A stretch of 64,000 nucleotides of DNA from Eledone cirrhosa. Lineage: Eukaryota. Positions within the stretch are counted from its first letter, which is position 1. Every line of letters starts with the position of its first letter. Location of the stretch: positions 287,556,001 through 287,620,000 of the forward strand of contig OZ024743.1 in NCBI GenBank assembly GCA_964016885.1, written 5' to 3'. The translations under genes were made by a program, and so were the position numbers. Shown piece by piece: positions 50,267 through 63,721 of this stretch. Under the pieces are notes generated by a model. It saw nothing but the letters and a program-made list of their open reading frames with translations. It did not search any database and had not been told where the DNA came from.

Positions 50267-51391
50267 TATATATTATTATATATATTATTATTATATAATA
50301 TTATATATTATTTATTTACTATTACTTTTGAGAAAGCAAGAGGATTAGTGGTAATAGTGTTGGAATCACGATCTCAAGGTTGTGAGTCCAGTTCTCCGCT
50401 GAGTTGTTGGTTTCAGTAAGACACTATACTTCACAGTTTTTTTAGTTCATTCAACCGAAAAAAATGAGTCGTGACGACACCGATGCCAATCTGTATCGGC
50501 CTTTGACGTTTCTTTGGAGAACATCGGTGTCGGAGAAAGGAGACTGACATATACGGGCGATTGATGGTCTTCCACAAAATATCTTTCTTCGGCTTGCGCT
50601 TTGGAGATGTACTCTCTAAGTGTCAAATCATGGTCAGTCATGATCGAAGTGGGCCTTTAAAATCATTACTTTTATGTTGGTGGCTAAAATTGCCTGGCTT
50701 GTTTCTTTTTGAAAGCATGGCAGGGTAATTGACTCAACCTTTTCTATAAGAAGAAAAAAACCCTTTAAAATAGTGGAAATAATTTTTCTTATAGCTTGAA
50801 TACGTCTCAAAGGAATCATTGTCACACAGAATTTGAACACAGTATAAATTGTCAGGTGAATCTATTCAACATTCTAACCATCTCTCTCTCTCTATATATA
50901 TTTTTCTGACTTGAGAAAGACATTTTTCTGAGTATTTGCATCGCCACCTCTATCTTTATAGCCCTCAAGCTTTTTTAATTTGTAAAAGAAAAAAACCCCG
51001 CATTTCTCTGGATTTTCATAAATAATCTTGAGAAGGACATCACATTCAAGAAATCTAGTTAAGACTGAAAGATTGAGATACCTCTTTCTTCTTCTTCTTC
51101 TTCTTCTTCTTCTTCTTCTTCTTCTTCTTCTTCTTCTTCTTCCCCATCATCATCATCATCATCATCATCTGAATTTTATTATCTTATCTTCTTTACTAAC
51201 AAATACATAAGAAATATCAACAAACGTCGTGTATACGTAGTCAATCTCTCAGACTTTTACGAAGGCGATACAGTTAATATAAAGAATGGTGTGCTCATGC
51301 ACGAAGATGCTATAAAATATCTTATAAAATAGAGTGAAGACCCTTAAAAGACGAAGAAAGAAGTTGTCATCCGCCGATATATGAAATACAA

Positions 51392-51521
51392 TACCGTATT
51401 TTCCTAAAATAAATCTCAAAAATCTACCATGCATCCTGGAGGCCGAAGGTTGTTTATTATTCTTTTTACAATTTTTGGTTGTCAAAATTGGGGTGCGTCT
51501 TCGGCGCCGGGAAATACGGTA
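51392..51521. mobile_element. pogo/Tigger-like MITE
   Basis: TA-CCGTATTTTCC ... GGGAAATACGG-TA, with subterminal ggggtgcgtctt. Confidence 0.75.
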
Positions 51522-51567
51522 AATGTGAGTCTATAGTTAATTTTAATTATTATTTATGCCACGATAT

Positions 51568-51968
51568 GAGCAGTAGATTTAAAGTATCGATAGAGCGTTG
51601 GACAACATGCTTTGCAGCATAGAGTTACGGCTCTTTACGTTCTGAGTTCAAATCCTACCGAGGTTATCTTTGCCTTTCATTCTTACGGGGTGGATAAATA
51701 AAGTACCAGTATTGCACTAGGGTCGATTTAATCAATTTTCCCTTCCCTCAAAATTGCTGACTTGTGCTTAAAGTAGAAATAATTACTTATGCCACGAAAA
51801 GAGCGGTGGGTTGGCAGAGTGATTAGAGTGTCGGACAATTGCATAGGTTAAGGTTGCTTTTCATAATTCCGGGGTCGATAAAATAAAGTACAAGTCTAGT
51901 ACAGGGGGCGATATAATCGACTTTCGTTTGCCCAAAATATCTGGCCTTGTGCCTATGCTAGAAAGAAA
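51568..51968 (+). mobile_element. Two tandem CORE-type SINEs (51568-51785, 51801-51968)
   Basis: Head, CORE and tail motifs repeated. Confidence 0.82.
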
Positions 51969-52270
51969 TATTTTTGCCACAAAATAACTAAATAAGAAAT
52001 AGATTCCTCCCCACTGTTACTATCGACCAATCAAAATGACGGTTTTATAAAAATGCTGAAATTTATATAATCATAAATATAATAATAAAAAAATATGATA
52101 ATAATATTAATAATGCTTTCTTTATTAACCACAAGGATAATATTAATAATGACATTAATGAATATACTGTTTGTACTAACGACGCTAAAAAACTTCAGCA
52201 TATATATAGAATTTAATACTTTTTGTCCTCCTTATTAAAAGAAGCAACATTGAAATCATATGCTCTATAG

Positions 52271-52317
<47 letters not shown>

Positions 52318-52544
52318 AATATTTGTTTTTATGTATGTGTGCATTGTATATTTTTTGTTACAGTAACTACTCCATAGATTTCTCACATCTATAAAACACA
52401 TGTACGTTTCCTTTAGCGCAATACATATATAGACACGAGGGCTTGAGAATGATTGATGGACATATACCCAAAGAAATGTTGTACACACATGCATACACAC
52501 ACATCTGTCCATCTATCTACCTATATTGGCTATTGTATCTATAC

Positions 52545-52554
52545 ATACACATGA

Positions 52555-52592
<38 letters not shown>

Positions 52593-52657
52593 ATATATTA
52601 TATATATGTATATATGTATATATGTATATATGAATATATATATATATGTATATATGA

Positions 52658-52689
<32 letters not shown>

Positions 52690-52700
52690 GTATATGTGTA

Positions 52701-52756
<56 letters not shown>

Positions 52757-52807
52757 TTGTGTGTGTATATATTTATGTATATATATATATATATGCATAT
52801 ATATGTA

Positions 52808-52848
<41 letters not shown>

Positions 52849-52867
52849 ATGTGTGTGTGTGTGTGCC

Positions 52868-52925
<58 letters not shown>

Positions 52926-53045
52926 AATGTGTATATATGCGTGCGTGCTTGGATATGTGCGTTTGTGTGAGTGTGTGTGTGTGTGTGTGTGCGTGTGTGC
53001 GTGTGTGTGTGTGTATGTGTAGTGTGTACGTAATATATGTATATA
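52545..53045. repeat. (TA)n/(TG)n/(CA)n compound microsatellite
   Basis: Seen directly. Confidence 0.95.
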
Positions 53046-53231
53046 CCTATACAATGCCAACACATATACAAAATATAAGTATTTATTCGGTCGGGGAATA
53101 TAGTTTTGGCAACTAAAGAAACCGGGCAATGACAAGAGTGTAGAAAAAAGGCAATAAATTCTCATTTAGAATACGTTAACTACAGAATGGAGAATGTCAA
53201 TGTGATGGATGGAAAAAATGTTTATGATAAA

Positions 53232-53292
<61 letters not shown>

Positions 53293-53611
53293 GTAAAATA
53301 ATGATAAAATAAATATAAGACACAGATATTTTTGTTTCTTGTTTGCATTTCAGGAGTAAAAATATAACCCTCCTCCCCTCCTAAAAAACCCCTTCACATA
53401 CACATATATACATATATAAACATACATATATAAACACATGCACATATACAACGAAAATAAAAGGGGAACTAAACACCATTTACGAAACAAAACAAAATAA
53501 AACAAAACAAGACTAAACAAAACGGCGGAAAGACAAACCAAAATTGAAGCTCTTTTGTAATATCATTGATGTGAACATATCTGGAATATGTAGTATGTCT
53601 TCTGGTACCCC

Positions 53612-54345
53612 TGCCACACCGCCACCAACACCACTGCCACCAACACCACCACCACCACCACTGCCGCCGCCGCCAGTCACCACCACCACCACCACTGCCG
53701 CCGCCAGTCACCACCACCACTGAGGCCGCCACCACCACTACCACTGCCACCACCACCACCACCACCACCACCACCACCACCACCACCACCACCACCACCA
53801 CCATCACCACCACCACCACCACCACCACCACCACCACCACCACTGCCGCCGCCGCCAACAATACCACCACCACCGTCACCACCACCGTCACCACCACCAC
53901 CACCACCACCAGAACTACCACCATCACCAACACCACCACCACCACCACCGGAACCACCACCATCACCACCACCATCACCAGCACCACAGCCAGAACCAGC
54001 ACCAGTACCATGACGACTACTACTACTACTACTACTATGATTACCACTAGTCCCACCAAACCACTACCACCACCGCCACCACCAGCACCAGCACCACCAG
54101 CACCACCACCACTACCACCAGCACCACCAGCACCAGCAGCACCACCACCACCACCACCATCGGCACCAGAACCACCGCAACCACCACCATCGGCACCAGT
54201 ACCGCCGCAACCACTACCTCCACCACCACCATCGGCACCGGTACCGCCGCAACCACCATCACCACCACCACCACCACCACCATCGACACCAGTACCGCCG
54301 CAACCGCCGCCTTTACCACCACCAACACCACCACCAGCACCACCA
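53612..54345. repeat. Degenerate (ACC)n/(CCG)n trinucleotide tract
   Basis: Seen directly; explains the poly-T/poly-P/poly-V ORFs. Confidence 0.9.
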
Positions 54346-54975
54346 TACTATTGTCCACTCATGATCTCTGTCTCACTTTCTCTGTCTTTCCCCATTGCTT
54401 TCACCATTGCTTTCACCATTGCTTTCTTCCTTCCTTACCACCGCCTCCATCTTTTCCTACTCACCCTTTTCTGCTGTTTTTGGTCTTTATATCACCGGTG
54501 TTATATTTTCCACATAAACCTTTTCCATAGATATGTTTGGTAATAATGTTTAGTACCTGAAAGAAACAGATATCACACCACAAGTTATCAATTCTTTATC
54601 TTTTTATGAAAATTCTGATGACATCTCGTTCCAAAATATTCTCGAGTTTTTTTCCCCTTTTTCGGGATTCTTTTTTTTCTTCAGTAGTTCTTTTTTTGAA
54701 GAACAAAAAATACAAACAAAAAAACAACCCCGCAAAACCCCATAAAACAAAAAACAAAAAAAAAAAAAGAAAAAAAAAAAAAAAAAAAAAAAAAATCATT
54801 GCATCTTTAGTTTAGTCGTTTAGTTGTTGTTTGAATTTCAATGTTGGTTTCTTTGCTACCTTTTCAAAGTTATTCCTCAATCTTTCCCCCACTTTCCATT
54901 CCTTTGTAAAATAACACAACAGACTACAAATACACTACTTGCGCATATCTCAAGCAAATACTCTACATCTTCATT

Positions 54976-55330
54976 GGACGTAACATAGCTCAATGGTTAA
55001 GAAGTTCGCTTTTAAATCATTAATCCTGGATCCGATCCCACTGTGTGACATTCTGGTTAAGTATCATTTACCGTAGCCTTGAGCCGTCCCAAGCATTGTG
55101 AGTGAAATTTGGCTAGATGGAAACTGTATGAAAGCCCGCCGGATAACTTGTACCTGTAATTAAAAGGACTAGCCTTGTTACACACTCTCACGCTGAATCC
55201 CCTTGAAAAATACGTTAAGAGTACACGTTTCTGTGAACTTCTCAGCAAATTATACGTTAGTTTCACGAGCAGGTTGTTCCATTGATTAAACAACTGGAAT
55301 ACTCATCGGCGAAAACCAACCAGGCGCCAT
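54976..55330 (+). mobile_element. tRNA-derived SINE with Nin-like domain
   Basis: tagctcaatggttaag A box, ggatccgatccc B-box-like, gtgagtgaaatttggctagatggaaactgtatgaaagcccg. Confidence 0.7.
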
Positions 55331-55753
55331 TCCATTTCATCCTACACGTTTTGTGACTCATACCATACATCTGTAAATAAATTGTAAAAGTAGTAATAGT
55401 AGTAGTAGTAGTAGTCGTTTTTGTTTTAGTATTAGTTGTTGTAAGTTATGTTTCTTGCCGCAGTCAGCTCTGATAGAGTGAAGATGCGCAATCAGATCAC
55501 TGGAGTGTTGGACTCATAAGTAGTAGCAATTTATATTAGTAAGTAAAGATACCCTGTTCCTCATTATCGTAACGTATCATACTGCACACAATTCCTTTAG
55601 CAGAATGTTCCAGACGTATAACAGTTTTTCCATAAAAAGGGCTGCTAGCTTCTTGCTCTATCCTTCACTATTTCTAAAGAAAGGGACAACGTGTTCTCAC
55701 GGTGACACGTTGCCGATTTCCATGAGAGAAAGAAAGGGATATATATATCTATG

Positions 55754-55823
<70 letters not shown>

Positions 55824-56321
55824 GGAAAAAGAAGCCGAAAAGCAATTGGAGTCTTTAAGAATGTTTCTTTACAATAACTTCACCGGTTTCACAAGTTTTA
55901 TGATTTTCAAAAGTTTAGAGAGATGGAGAGATGTGTGGCTATGCCAACTTGTAACTCGCACACACACAATCATGGTTTAAAAACTTTAGTTTGTATTACT
56001 ATTAGTATTACTAATACAGTAATACAATGCAATATTATGCACAATGTTGTCGAAAAAATAATGAAATAATTTAAAATAAATGTATGAAGAATTGTACTGA
56101 AATTCTTTTTTCTCAAAATGTCCCTGTAAAACCAAGGGGCGTCTTATACGAATGGGGCGTAACAGAACTGCGTTGCATTGCTGTTTAGATCCAGATCATG
56201 ACTGACTCTGCTTAACAATACTCAAAGACATTCCAGTTGTTTGGGCTCTCTGCGTTCTAACTTCAAATTATACAGAGGTCAACGTTGCATTTTATTCTTT
56301 TTTGGGGCAATAAATTAATAA

Positions 56322-56379
<58 letters not shown>

Positions 56380-56384
<5 letters not shown>

Positions 56385-56586
56385 AAAGAGTGAAGAATAA
56401 CATGGTCAACAGTACAAAAAAGGGTTTTATTTACAGTCTAACAATTGTTTCACTGATTAAGTTGTCTAAAAATTGGTGAACACTTGGAGCTGTGTCACCC
56501 AATTTTAAATACGTTGTTAGCTTAACCAGATCATCGGAGAACACTTTTTTGTACTGTTGACCATGTTATTCTTCACTCTTTCAATA
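56380..56586. repeat. 43-bp inverted repeat enclosing a decayed long-stem-II hammerhead (56437-56540, minus)
   Basis: Arms 56380-56422 and 56544-56586; inside TCT-CCGATGA-long stem-GAAA-CAATTG-TT-AGA. Confidence 0.7.
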
Positions 56587-56752
56587 CTATTACTCCAAGA
56601 TAAACTTACATAGGAATACAAGAGAACTCATAAACTCGCCACCTACGTAAACCCCTTGTTGAGTCAAACAACGCCGTACGCTAAAACTATCCATAATACG
56701 AAGTATTCACAGCCTCTAACTGGATTACCTATAACGATATTTTGTTATCCCT

Positions 56753-56784
<32 letters not shown>

Positions 56785-56825
56785 CAATATTAAATAAATG
56801 GAAACTATATTTATAAAACCATATT

Positions 56826-56891
56826 TATTTCATTATATATATTTCGGGGATATCATATTAACAATATGCTATGCCTTCCTCAGACAAAATA
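56826..56891 (-). ncRNA. Type I hammerhead ribozyme (left arm)
   Basis: Reverse complement of 58215-58280. Confidence 0.7.
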
Positions 56892-58214
56892 CAATATAAA
56901 CAGTTTTATAGATAAATAGATTCGACATACCGTTATAACACCGACTTCCATTTGAAGAGGTTTAAACTGGCAGTGAAAAAATTTTACACAGAGAGAAAGA
57001 AAGAGAGAAAAAAGAAAGAAAGACAGAAAACGAAGCAAAGGAAGAAAAAGAAGAAATGCATGGAACAAAATAGAGAGATGGAAAGATAGATAAAGCGAAG
57101 AACTTCATGTAAAGAAACAGAAAGAGATATATATATAGAGAGAGAGAGGAAATAGAGATAGATACATATATATATAGAAAATTAGGTAGTGGGAGGTCAT
57201 TTTGAGTAAATGTATCAATGATACATTTATTTATTTATTTATTTATTTAGCTCAAGTATTAATGTAAGGGAGATATATTTTTAATACGTAATATTTTTAA
57301 TATGTAATATTTTTAATATGTAATATTCTTTCGTAATATTTTTTTAGTTTTCTATTTTATTATTACTTATTATTATTATTGTTATCTTTTTATTTTTTTA
57401 GTTTTGTTTCTGATATATATTTTTATTAGTATATTGAAATCTGCTCTCTATTTCTGCTTGATAGATAATCTTGTAGAGTAAAGACAGGAATAATAATACA
57501 CATATATGTATACTCAAATTTTTATACCACATTGAGAATGTTTTCCGTGAACTTAGAGTTTGCAGAGTGAATCATGTGGATTCACATGGATGTTTGTAGC
57601 TATCACATAAACATATGAATTTTAAAAAAAAACTAAACATAAGATAATTAATTTTCACACACTATGGATACTTGTCTCATTCAGGAATACTGATATTTAC
57701 AATATAGTGTAAGTTTTATAAATACTAATACATTAAAACATAGGGTTTTTACGCCTCGAATATATCTGGCTATTTTTAAATTTTTTCTCTCGCTATTTTT
57801 TTCTCTCTCTATATTTTTTCTCTCTATATATATCTCCCTTACATTAATACTTGAGCTAAATAAATAAATAAATAAATAAATGTATCATTGATACATTTAC
57901 TCAAAATGACCTCCCACTACCTAATTTTCTATATATATATGTATCTATCTCTATTTCCTCTCTCTCTATATATATATATCTCTTTCTGTTTCTTTACATG
58001 AAGTTCTTCGCTTTATCTATCTTTCCATCTCTCTATTTTGTTCCATGCATTTCTTCTTTTTCTTCCTTTTCTTCGTTTTCTGTCTTTCTTTCTTTTTTCT
58101 CTCTTTCTTTCTCTCTGTGTAAAATTTTTTCACTGCCAGTTTAAACCTCTTCAAATGGAAGTCGGTGTTATAACGGTATGTTGAATCTATTTATCTATAA
58201 AACTGTTTATATTG

Positions 58215-58280
58215 TATTTTGTCTGAGGAAGGCATAGCATATTGTTAATATGATATCCCCGAAATATATATAATGAAATA
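58215..58280 (+). ncRNA. Type I hammerhead ribozyme (right arm)
   Basis: TATTTTGT-CTGAGGA-aggcatagcatattgttaatatgatatcccc-GAAA-TATATA-TA-ATGAAATA; 8-bp stem I with two G-U pairs. Confidence 0.7.
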
Positions 58281-58408
58281 AATATGGTTTTATAAATATA
58301 GTTTCCATTTATTTAATATTGTAAATATACTCCAAATATTTGTCGAGTGCTTTTATATCAGTTATAAATATTTACTAGTTGTAACCCAACAATTTTAAAT
58401 ATAACTTT

Positions 58409-58760
<352 letters not shown>

Positions 58761-58836
58761 TGTTATACTTTGGGAGGGTCATCTTGCCAATAAAGAATCT
58801 TGCTAAACAAATTCAGAAACGAAATATATATATATA

Positions 58837-58876
<40 letters not shown>

Positions 58877-58903
58877 AATAAATCCCTTGAAGTCGGTACC
58901 CCA

Positions 58904-58963
<60 letters not shown>

Positions 58964-59020
58964 TAAAACAAAAAGAAAGCGAAGAGTGCAGTACAAATTG
59001 TTAGGTTCACGCTTGAGAGT

Positions 59021-59103
<83 letters not shown>

Positions 59104-59339
59104 TATTATTAAGGCTAAATAGTGAGTCTTGTTACACTGGAGTTTCGTCTGTTTATCACAAGGTCGTCAGAAAAGAACTACGGATGTATATACGAGCAGG
59201 AATAAATCCCTTGAAGGCGTTACCCCAGAATAGGGTCCATGGATGAATGAATACGCACACACCACACACACCACACACATAAATATATGTGTGTGTGTGT
59301 GTCTGAGTGTGTATGTATGCGCAGCATTTTTATATGTCT

Positions 59340-59381
<42 letters not shown>

Positions 59382-59976
59382 CACATGTCTGTGTGTGTGT
59401 GTGTGTGAGTGTGTGTGTGTGTGGGCAACATATTTATATGTCCGTATGTTTGTGATGAGACGATGAGACAGGGACTGGTTTAATATTGGCATAAAAAATA
59501 AAAAGTAAAAACAGAACCAAACAAAACCTCACTGCGAGTTATTACATAGTGTGTTAGGAAGGATAAAAAAAAGGAAGGATAAAAAAACAAAAAAAATCAA
59601 ACAAAAAAACAACAAAATAAACAAACAAAACAAACAAACAAAAAGGACAAAGCAAAAACGAAAAAAAAAAAAAGGAATTTAAAATGTTTAGTGATTGAAG
59701 GAGGTTGATGACGGGGTAGCATGTCCTACCATCGTTGTGTAGTGTCATGTAAGTTGAAAGCATAAAGTTCCAGCGACATACCACCCACAGAATGGTAACG
59801 GAAGCTTACGATTTGATGTCTTTGCCAGAAGGAAACTACTGTCTTTTACAAGGCACACCCATGTTACTTGGTTCTATTAAAAATGATTTCCAATATAGTC
59901 TGCAGTTTCGTTCTAATTTTGATAAAAGTTTAACAGTCACTCTTCATATGTTTCTCCCGTCGCTCTTTTTTTCTTT

Positions 59977-60032
<56 letters not shown>

Positions 60033-60153
60033 TGTGTACGCATGTGTATGTAAATGTGTTTATGTATGTATGTATGTATGTATGTATGTATGGAAGGATG
60101 GATGCATATATATATATCTATATATCTATATATACATTCATATATACAAATAA

Positions 60154-60185
<32 letters not shown>

Positions 60186-60234
60186 ATATACATATGTTGT
60201 AGATATTGGTGTGTGTATATATATATATATATAT

Positions 60235-60371
60235 ATCAAAGGCATGTATTGAGTTATAAACTCAAAATAGTCTCTTACAATAAAATTAGCTCTAGGAAAG
60301 AGGTTTTTCCGAGCTGTATAATATAACTGAATTAAAAAGAAAAACGAACACAGACATATACATATATGTGT
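60235..60371. repeat. Dispersed ~135-bp repeat (copy 2)
   Basis: Near-identical to 27790-27927. Confidence 0.85.
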
Positions 60372-60381
60372 TTGTTTAGTT

Positions 60382-60444
<63 letters not shown>

Positions 60445-60450
<6 letters not shown>

Positions 60451-60578
60451 TGTAATAAACAACATAAGATAATTATTTCATTTACCAGTGGTTTCTTGAA
60501 AGCAACCAAAATTGCTTTCATTCATCAGAAACCACTGGTAAATGAAATAATTATCTTATGTTGTTTATTACATAACTA
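60445..60578. repeat. Perfect 52-bp hairpin whose loop region holds a hammerhead core (60483-60528, minus)
   Basis: Arms 60445-60496 and 60527-60578; CTGATGA-aTGAAAGCAA ttttgg TTGCTTTCAa-GAAA-CCACTGG-TA. Confidence 0.8.
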
Positions 60579-60637
60579 ATAAGATCTGTAACCTACATAG
60601 AGCACTCTTTTTTCCTGGACCTTTCCGACGGAATCAC

Positions 60638-60744
<107 letters not shown>

Positions 60745-61031
60745 AAAAGTCTTTTCCTGAGTCCAGTCTTTTTCGTTGCTATGGCAATGCGGCTGGACTG
60801 CCGATCGCTATATTTGATTTGCAAAGCTGTCTAAACGTATTGTTATTACTCTGGGGTATTATTCTCCATCGAGTGCTAAAGCTACATTCCGAATTTGCAT
60901 TCGTTAGCTTAGCCGCAGCCTAAAGCTTCGTTAATGCTGTACTAAAATTTATATATAAATTCATATAAAAATAATATATCTACAACAACAACAGCATCAA
61001 AACGATAAAAAGGCAAACAACAACATCAATA

Positions 61032-61146
61032 GTTGTTTCTACTTTTGGCACAAGGCCAACAAATACCCAGTACATTACTGGTACTTTATTTTATCGACCC
61101 CGTAAGGATGAAAGGCAAAGTCAACCTCGGCGGGATTTGAACTCAG
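61032..61146 (-). mobile_element. Truncated CORE-type SINE
   Basis: Reverse-complement CORE and tail. Confidence 0.85.
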
Positions 61147-61168
61147 TTAATAGTATTAATAATGACAG

Positions 61169-61208
<40 letters not shown>

Positions 61209-61243
61209 TAGTGTGTGTGTTTGTTTCTATGCATGAGTATTTT

Positions 61244-61303
<60 letters not shown>

Positions 61304-61662
61304 GTATGTATGGGTGTCATTAAGTGAGAAGGAAACTCCTTAAAACCTGCGGTTGAAGGAACTCGTAGTCATCTTGCTTTGCCATGTCACTGGACTCTAG
61401 TTACGGATACTCAGAGAGTGGTACTCGTGTTGTACAAGTATAATACTACTATAATATACTGGTGTATATTATAGTGGTATTACATCTTTCTTCGTCTATC
61501 CTATTTCTGAAATACTGCCGTGATAGACGAATGGTAACATGTATGTATGTATGTATGTATGTATGTATGTATGTATGTATGTATGTATGTATGTATGTAT
61601 GTATGTATGTATGTATGTATGTATGTAGTATGTATGTATGTATGCATGTATGTATGTATGTA

Positions 61663-62100
61663 TTAAGAGTCAATGGCCATCCAAAATCACCGGGAGAGAT
61701 GACCCCTTAGCCTTTCTCAAGGCAGAATTCTAGGAGAAGGAAAACTCTGATATAACACCTGCAACCCTGATGGTATCCAAGGAAGTTGACTTGTTCTTCT
61801 TTTTGGTAAATATCATCTTGGTTAAGAGAGAGGGACTGGCTTTGTGCAGTGCCTTTGCTCACTATAAAAGCTTCACGGCACAGGCATTGCTTTATATCTG
61901 GAGATCTCTCTGCACGTGTCATCACATGGTACCATGGGCCCAGCACTATGTGTCAGTAATTGTCACAAGTGTAGTGTTTGTACCAGAGTTTTCAAGTCGC
62001 TGGCTGGACTAAAAAGTCACACTTGTTCAGCGCATCGGTAGGGGTTCTCCTACATGGATATAAAGTAGTGGCCGTACTCGAAAACGAGTTGGCAGCCACT
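61663..62100 (+). mobile_element. Non-coding ~440-bp insert in (ATGT)n resembling a non-LTR element 5' UTR
   Basis: gggagagatgaccccttagcc...ttctaggagaaggaaaactctga...aacctgc is shared with 63755-63975 and 61325-61430. Confidence 0.5.
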
Positions 62101-62183
62101 ATGTATGTATGTATGTATGTATGTATGTATGTATGTATGTATGTATGTATGTATGTATGTATGTATGTATGTATGTATGTATG

Positions 62184-62921
62184 TTATCTCTTTCTCTTAA
62201 TTTCGAGTATATTTTTTTGACCGGCTACCTTCCTGGTGGCAAGGTTGTAAAAGAAAAGAAATTGACATCCCTTGAATCGCAAGAATGTTTTGAAAATTTT
62301 GAAGGTGCCAGCTATCCCAGCCATTTGTAGACTATGAATTAGGGAGCTGCGTTCTTTGTCCGCAAATCCAAGTTCAGTCATACTTTGGTCCAAGCGGGTT
62401 AGTATATAACCCGTAGCTCCAATAATGATGGGTATGAAGCTAAAGGTGTATCTTGGATACTGGATTTGTAAACTCCTCATCAATGGTCCGTAGATGTCCT
62501 CCTTCTCCTGTATTTTTCTGACAACGTTTACATCAAGTGGGCAGCTGATCTCCACAACAGAACACGTTTTCAATGTGGGGTCCCAAACAACAATATCAGG
62601 CCGGTTGTGCTTTAATTTGGTGGCAGTTTTTATTTTCAGGTTCCACCAGTATTCCTTAGTGCCATCTGTCTCAATATATTCTTCCTCGTTTGTTAATTTT
62701 GTTTTCCGAAGTGCGTTCCAGATGGTTCTAGCTATCCCATCGTGTCTCATGGGGAGGTAGTAGCGAGATGACATTATTTCGCAGCTGGCAACAATGTGGC
62801 TTACATCCTCGATCTTTGTTTTACATAGCCTACATTTATTGTCAGCTGATGGCCCTCCCCTTTTGTGCAGCAGATATTTGGTAGGGAGTTCTTGTTCCTG
62901 TATTGCATAGAGATATCCCTC
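62184..62921 (-). mobile_element. 5'-truncated RLE-type (R4/Dong-like) retrotransposon flanked by (CATA)n
   Basis: [67 protein letters not shown]; (ATGT)n at 62101-62183 and 62922-63012. Confidence 0.92.
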
Positions 62922-63221
62922 ATGTATGTATGTGTGTATGTATGTATGTATGTATGTATGTATGTATGTATGTATGTATGTATGTATGTATGTATGTATG
63001 TATGTATGTATGTGATGGCGGCGGTGATGGCGGTGGTGGTGGTGGTGGTGGTGGCAGTTGATGTTGTTGTTGTGTTCTGTGCGTGTGTGTGTGTGTTTTG
63101 TTATTTTGAGTTTTTTTGTTTGTTTGTGGTTTTTTTTTTCTTTTTATCTTTTGATGCCGCTGTTGTTGTTGTAAATGTCACCATCACCAGCGACCGGGCC
63201 TTAAGAAAACAACTTTAATAA

Positions 63222-63372
63222 TAATTTTTCTGCTTTTGGCACGGATCCAGCGACTGGTCCAGCGCATCACTGGTACTCTCTTTTGTTGACTCCGTAGGGA
63301 TGAAAGGCAAGGTTGACCTCGGCGGGATTTGAGCTCAGAGCGTGGAGAGCCATAACTCTATGCTGTAAAGCA
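63222..63372 (-). mobile_element. CORE-type SINE
   Basis: ggatgaaaggcaaggttgacctcggcgggatttgagctcag. Confidence 0.8.
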
Positions 63373-63473
63373 ATTATAATAATACTGGACTGTAATACGA
63401 ACGGCTTCAACTATACAAACTCTTGAAAGTCAACAGTTGACATAATCTTGTAATCTTGTATCAGTAATGACGG

Positions 63474-63555
<82 letters not shown>

Positions 63556-63721
63556 AAGTGAGTAGCGTGTGTGTGTTTGTTTGTATGTATGAGTGTTGCT
63601 GTGTGCGCGCGTATGTATGCGTGTGTGTGCGCGCATATGTATGCGCGTGTGTGTATGTCGTACGTATAAGTGTCAATAAGTGAGTTTTTTTTTTTTTTTT
63701 TTCGCGCGGGGACATAGAAAT

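Larger units (their letters stand above)
56783..58323. mobile_element. ~495-bp near-perfect inverted repeat (PLE-like inverted pseudo-LTRs) with a ~550-bp spacer
   Basis: 56783-57278 is the reverse complement of 57828-58323 with very few mismatches. Confidence 0.88.

Noticed and set aside
53469-54543. Formin/extensin-like poly-Pro or Gly-rich ORFs
   Set aside because: Products of an (ACC)n tract with no flanking domain or supported gene structure.
59130-59175. Hammerhead CTGACGA...GAAA-CTCCAG-TG (minus)
   Set aside because: No convincing stem I and a G at the cleavage position; at best a fossil.
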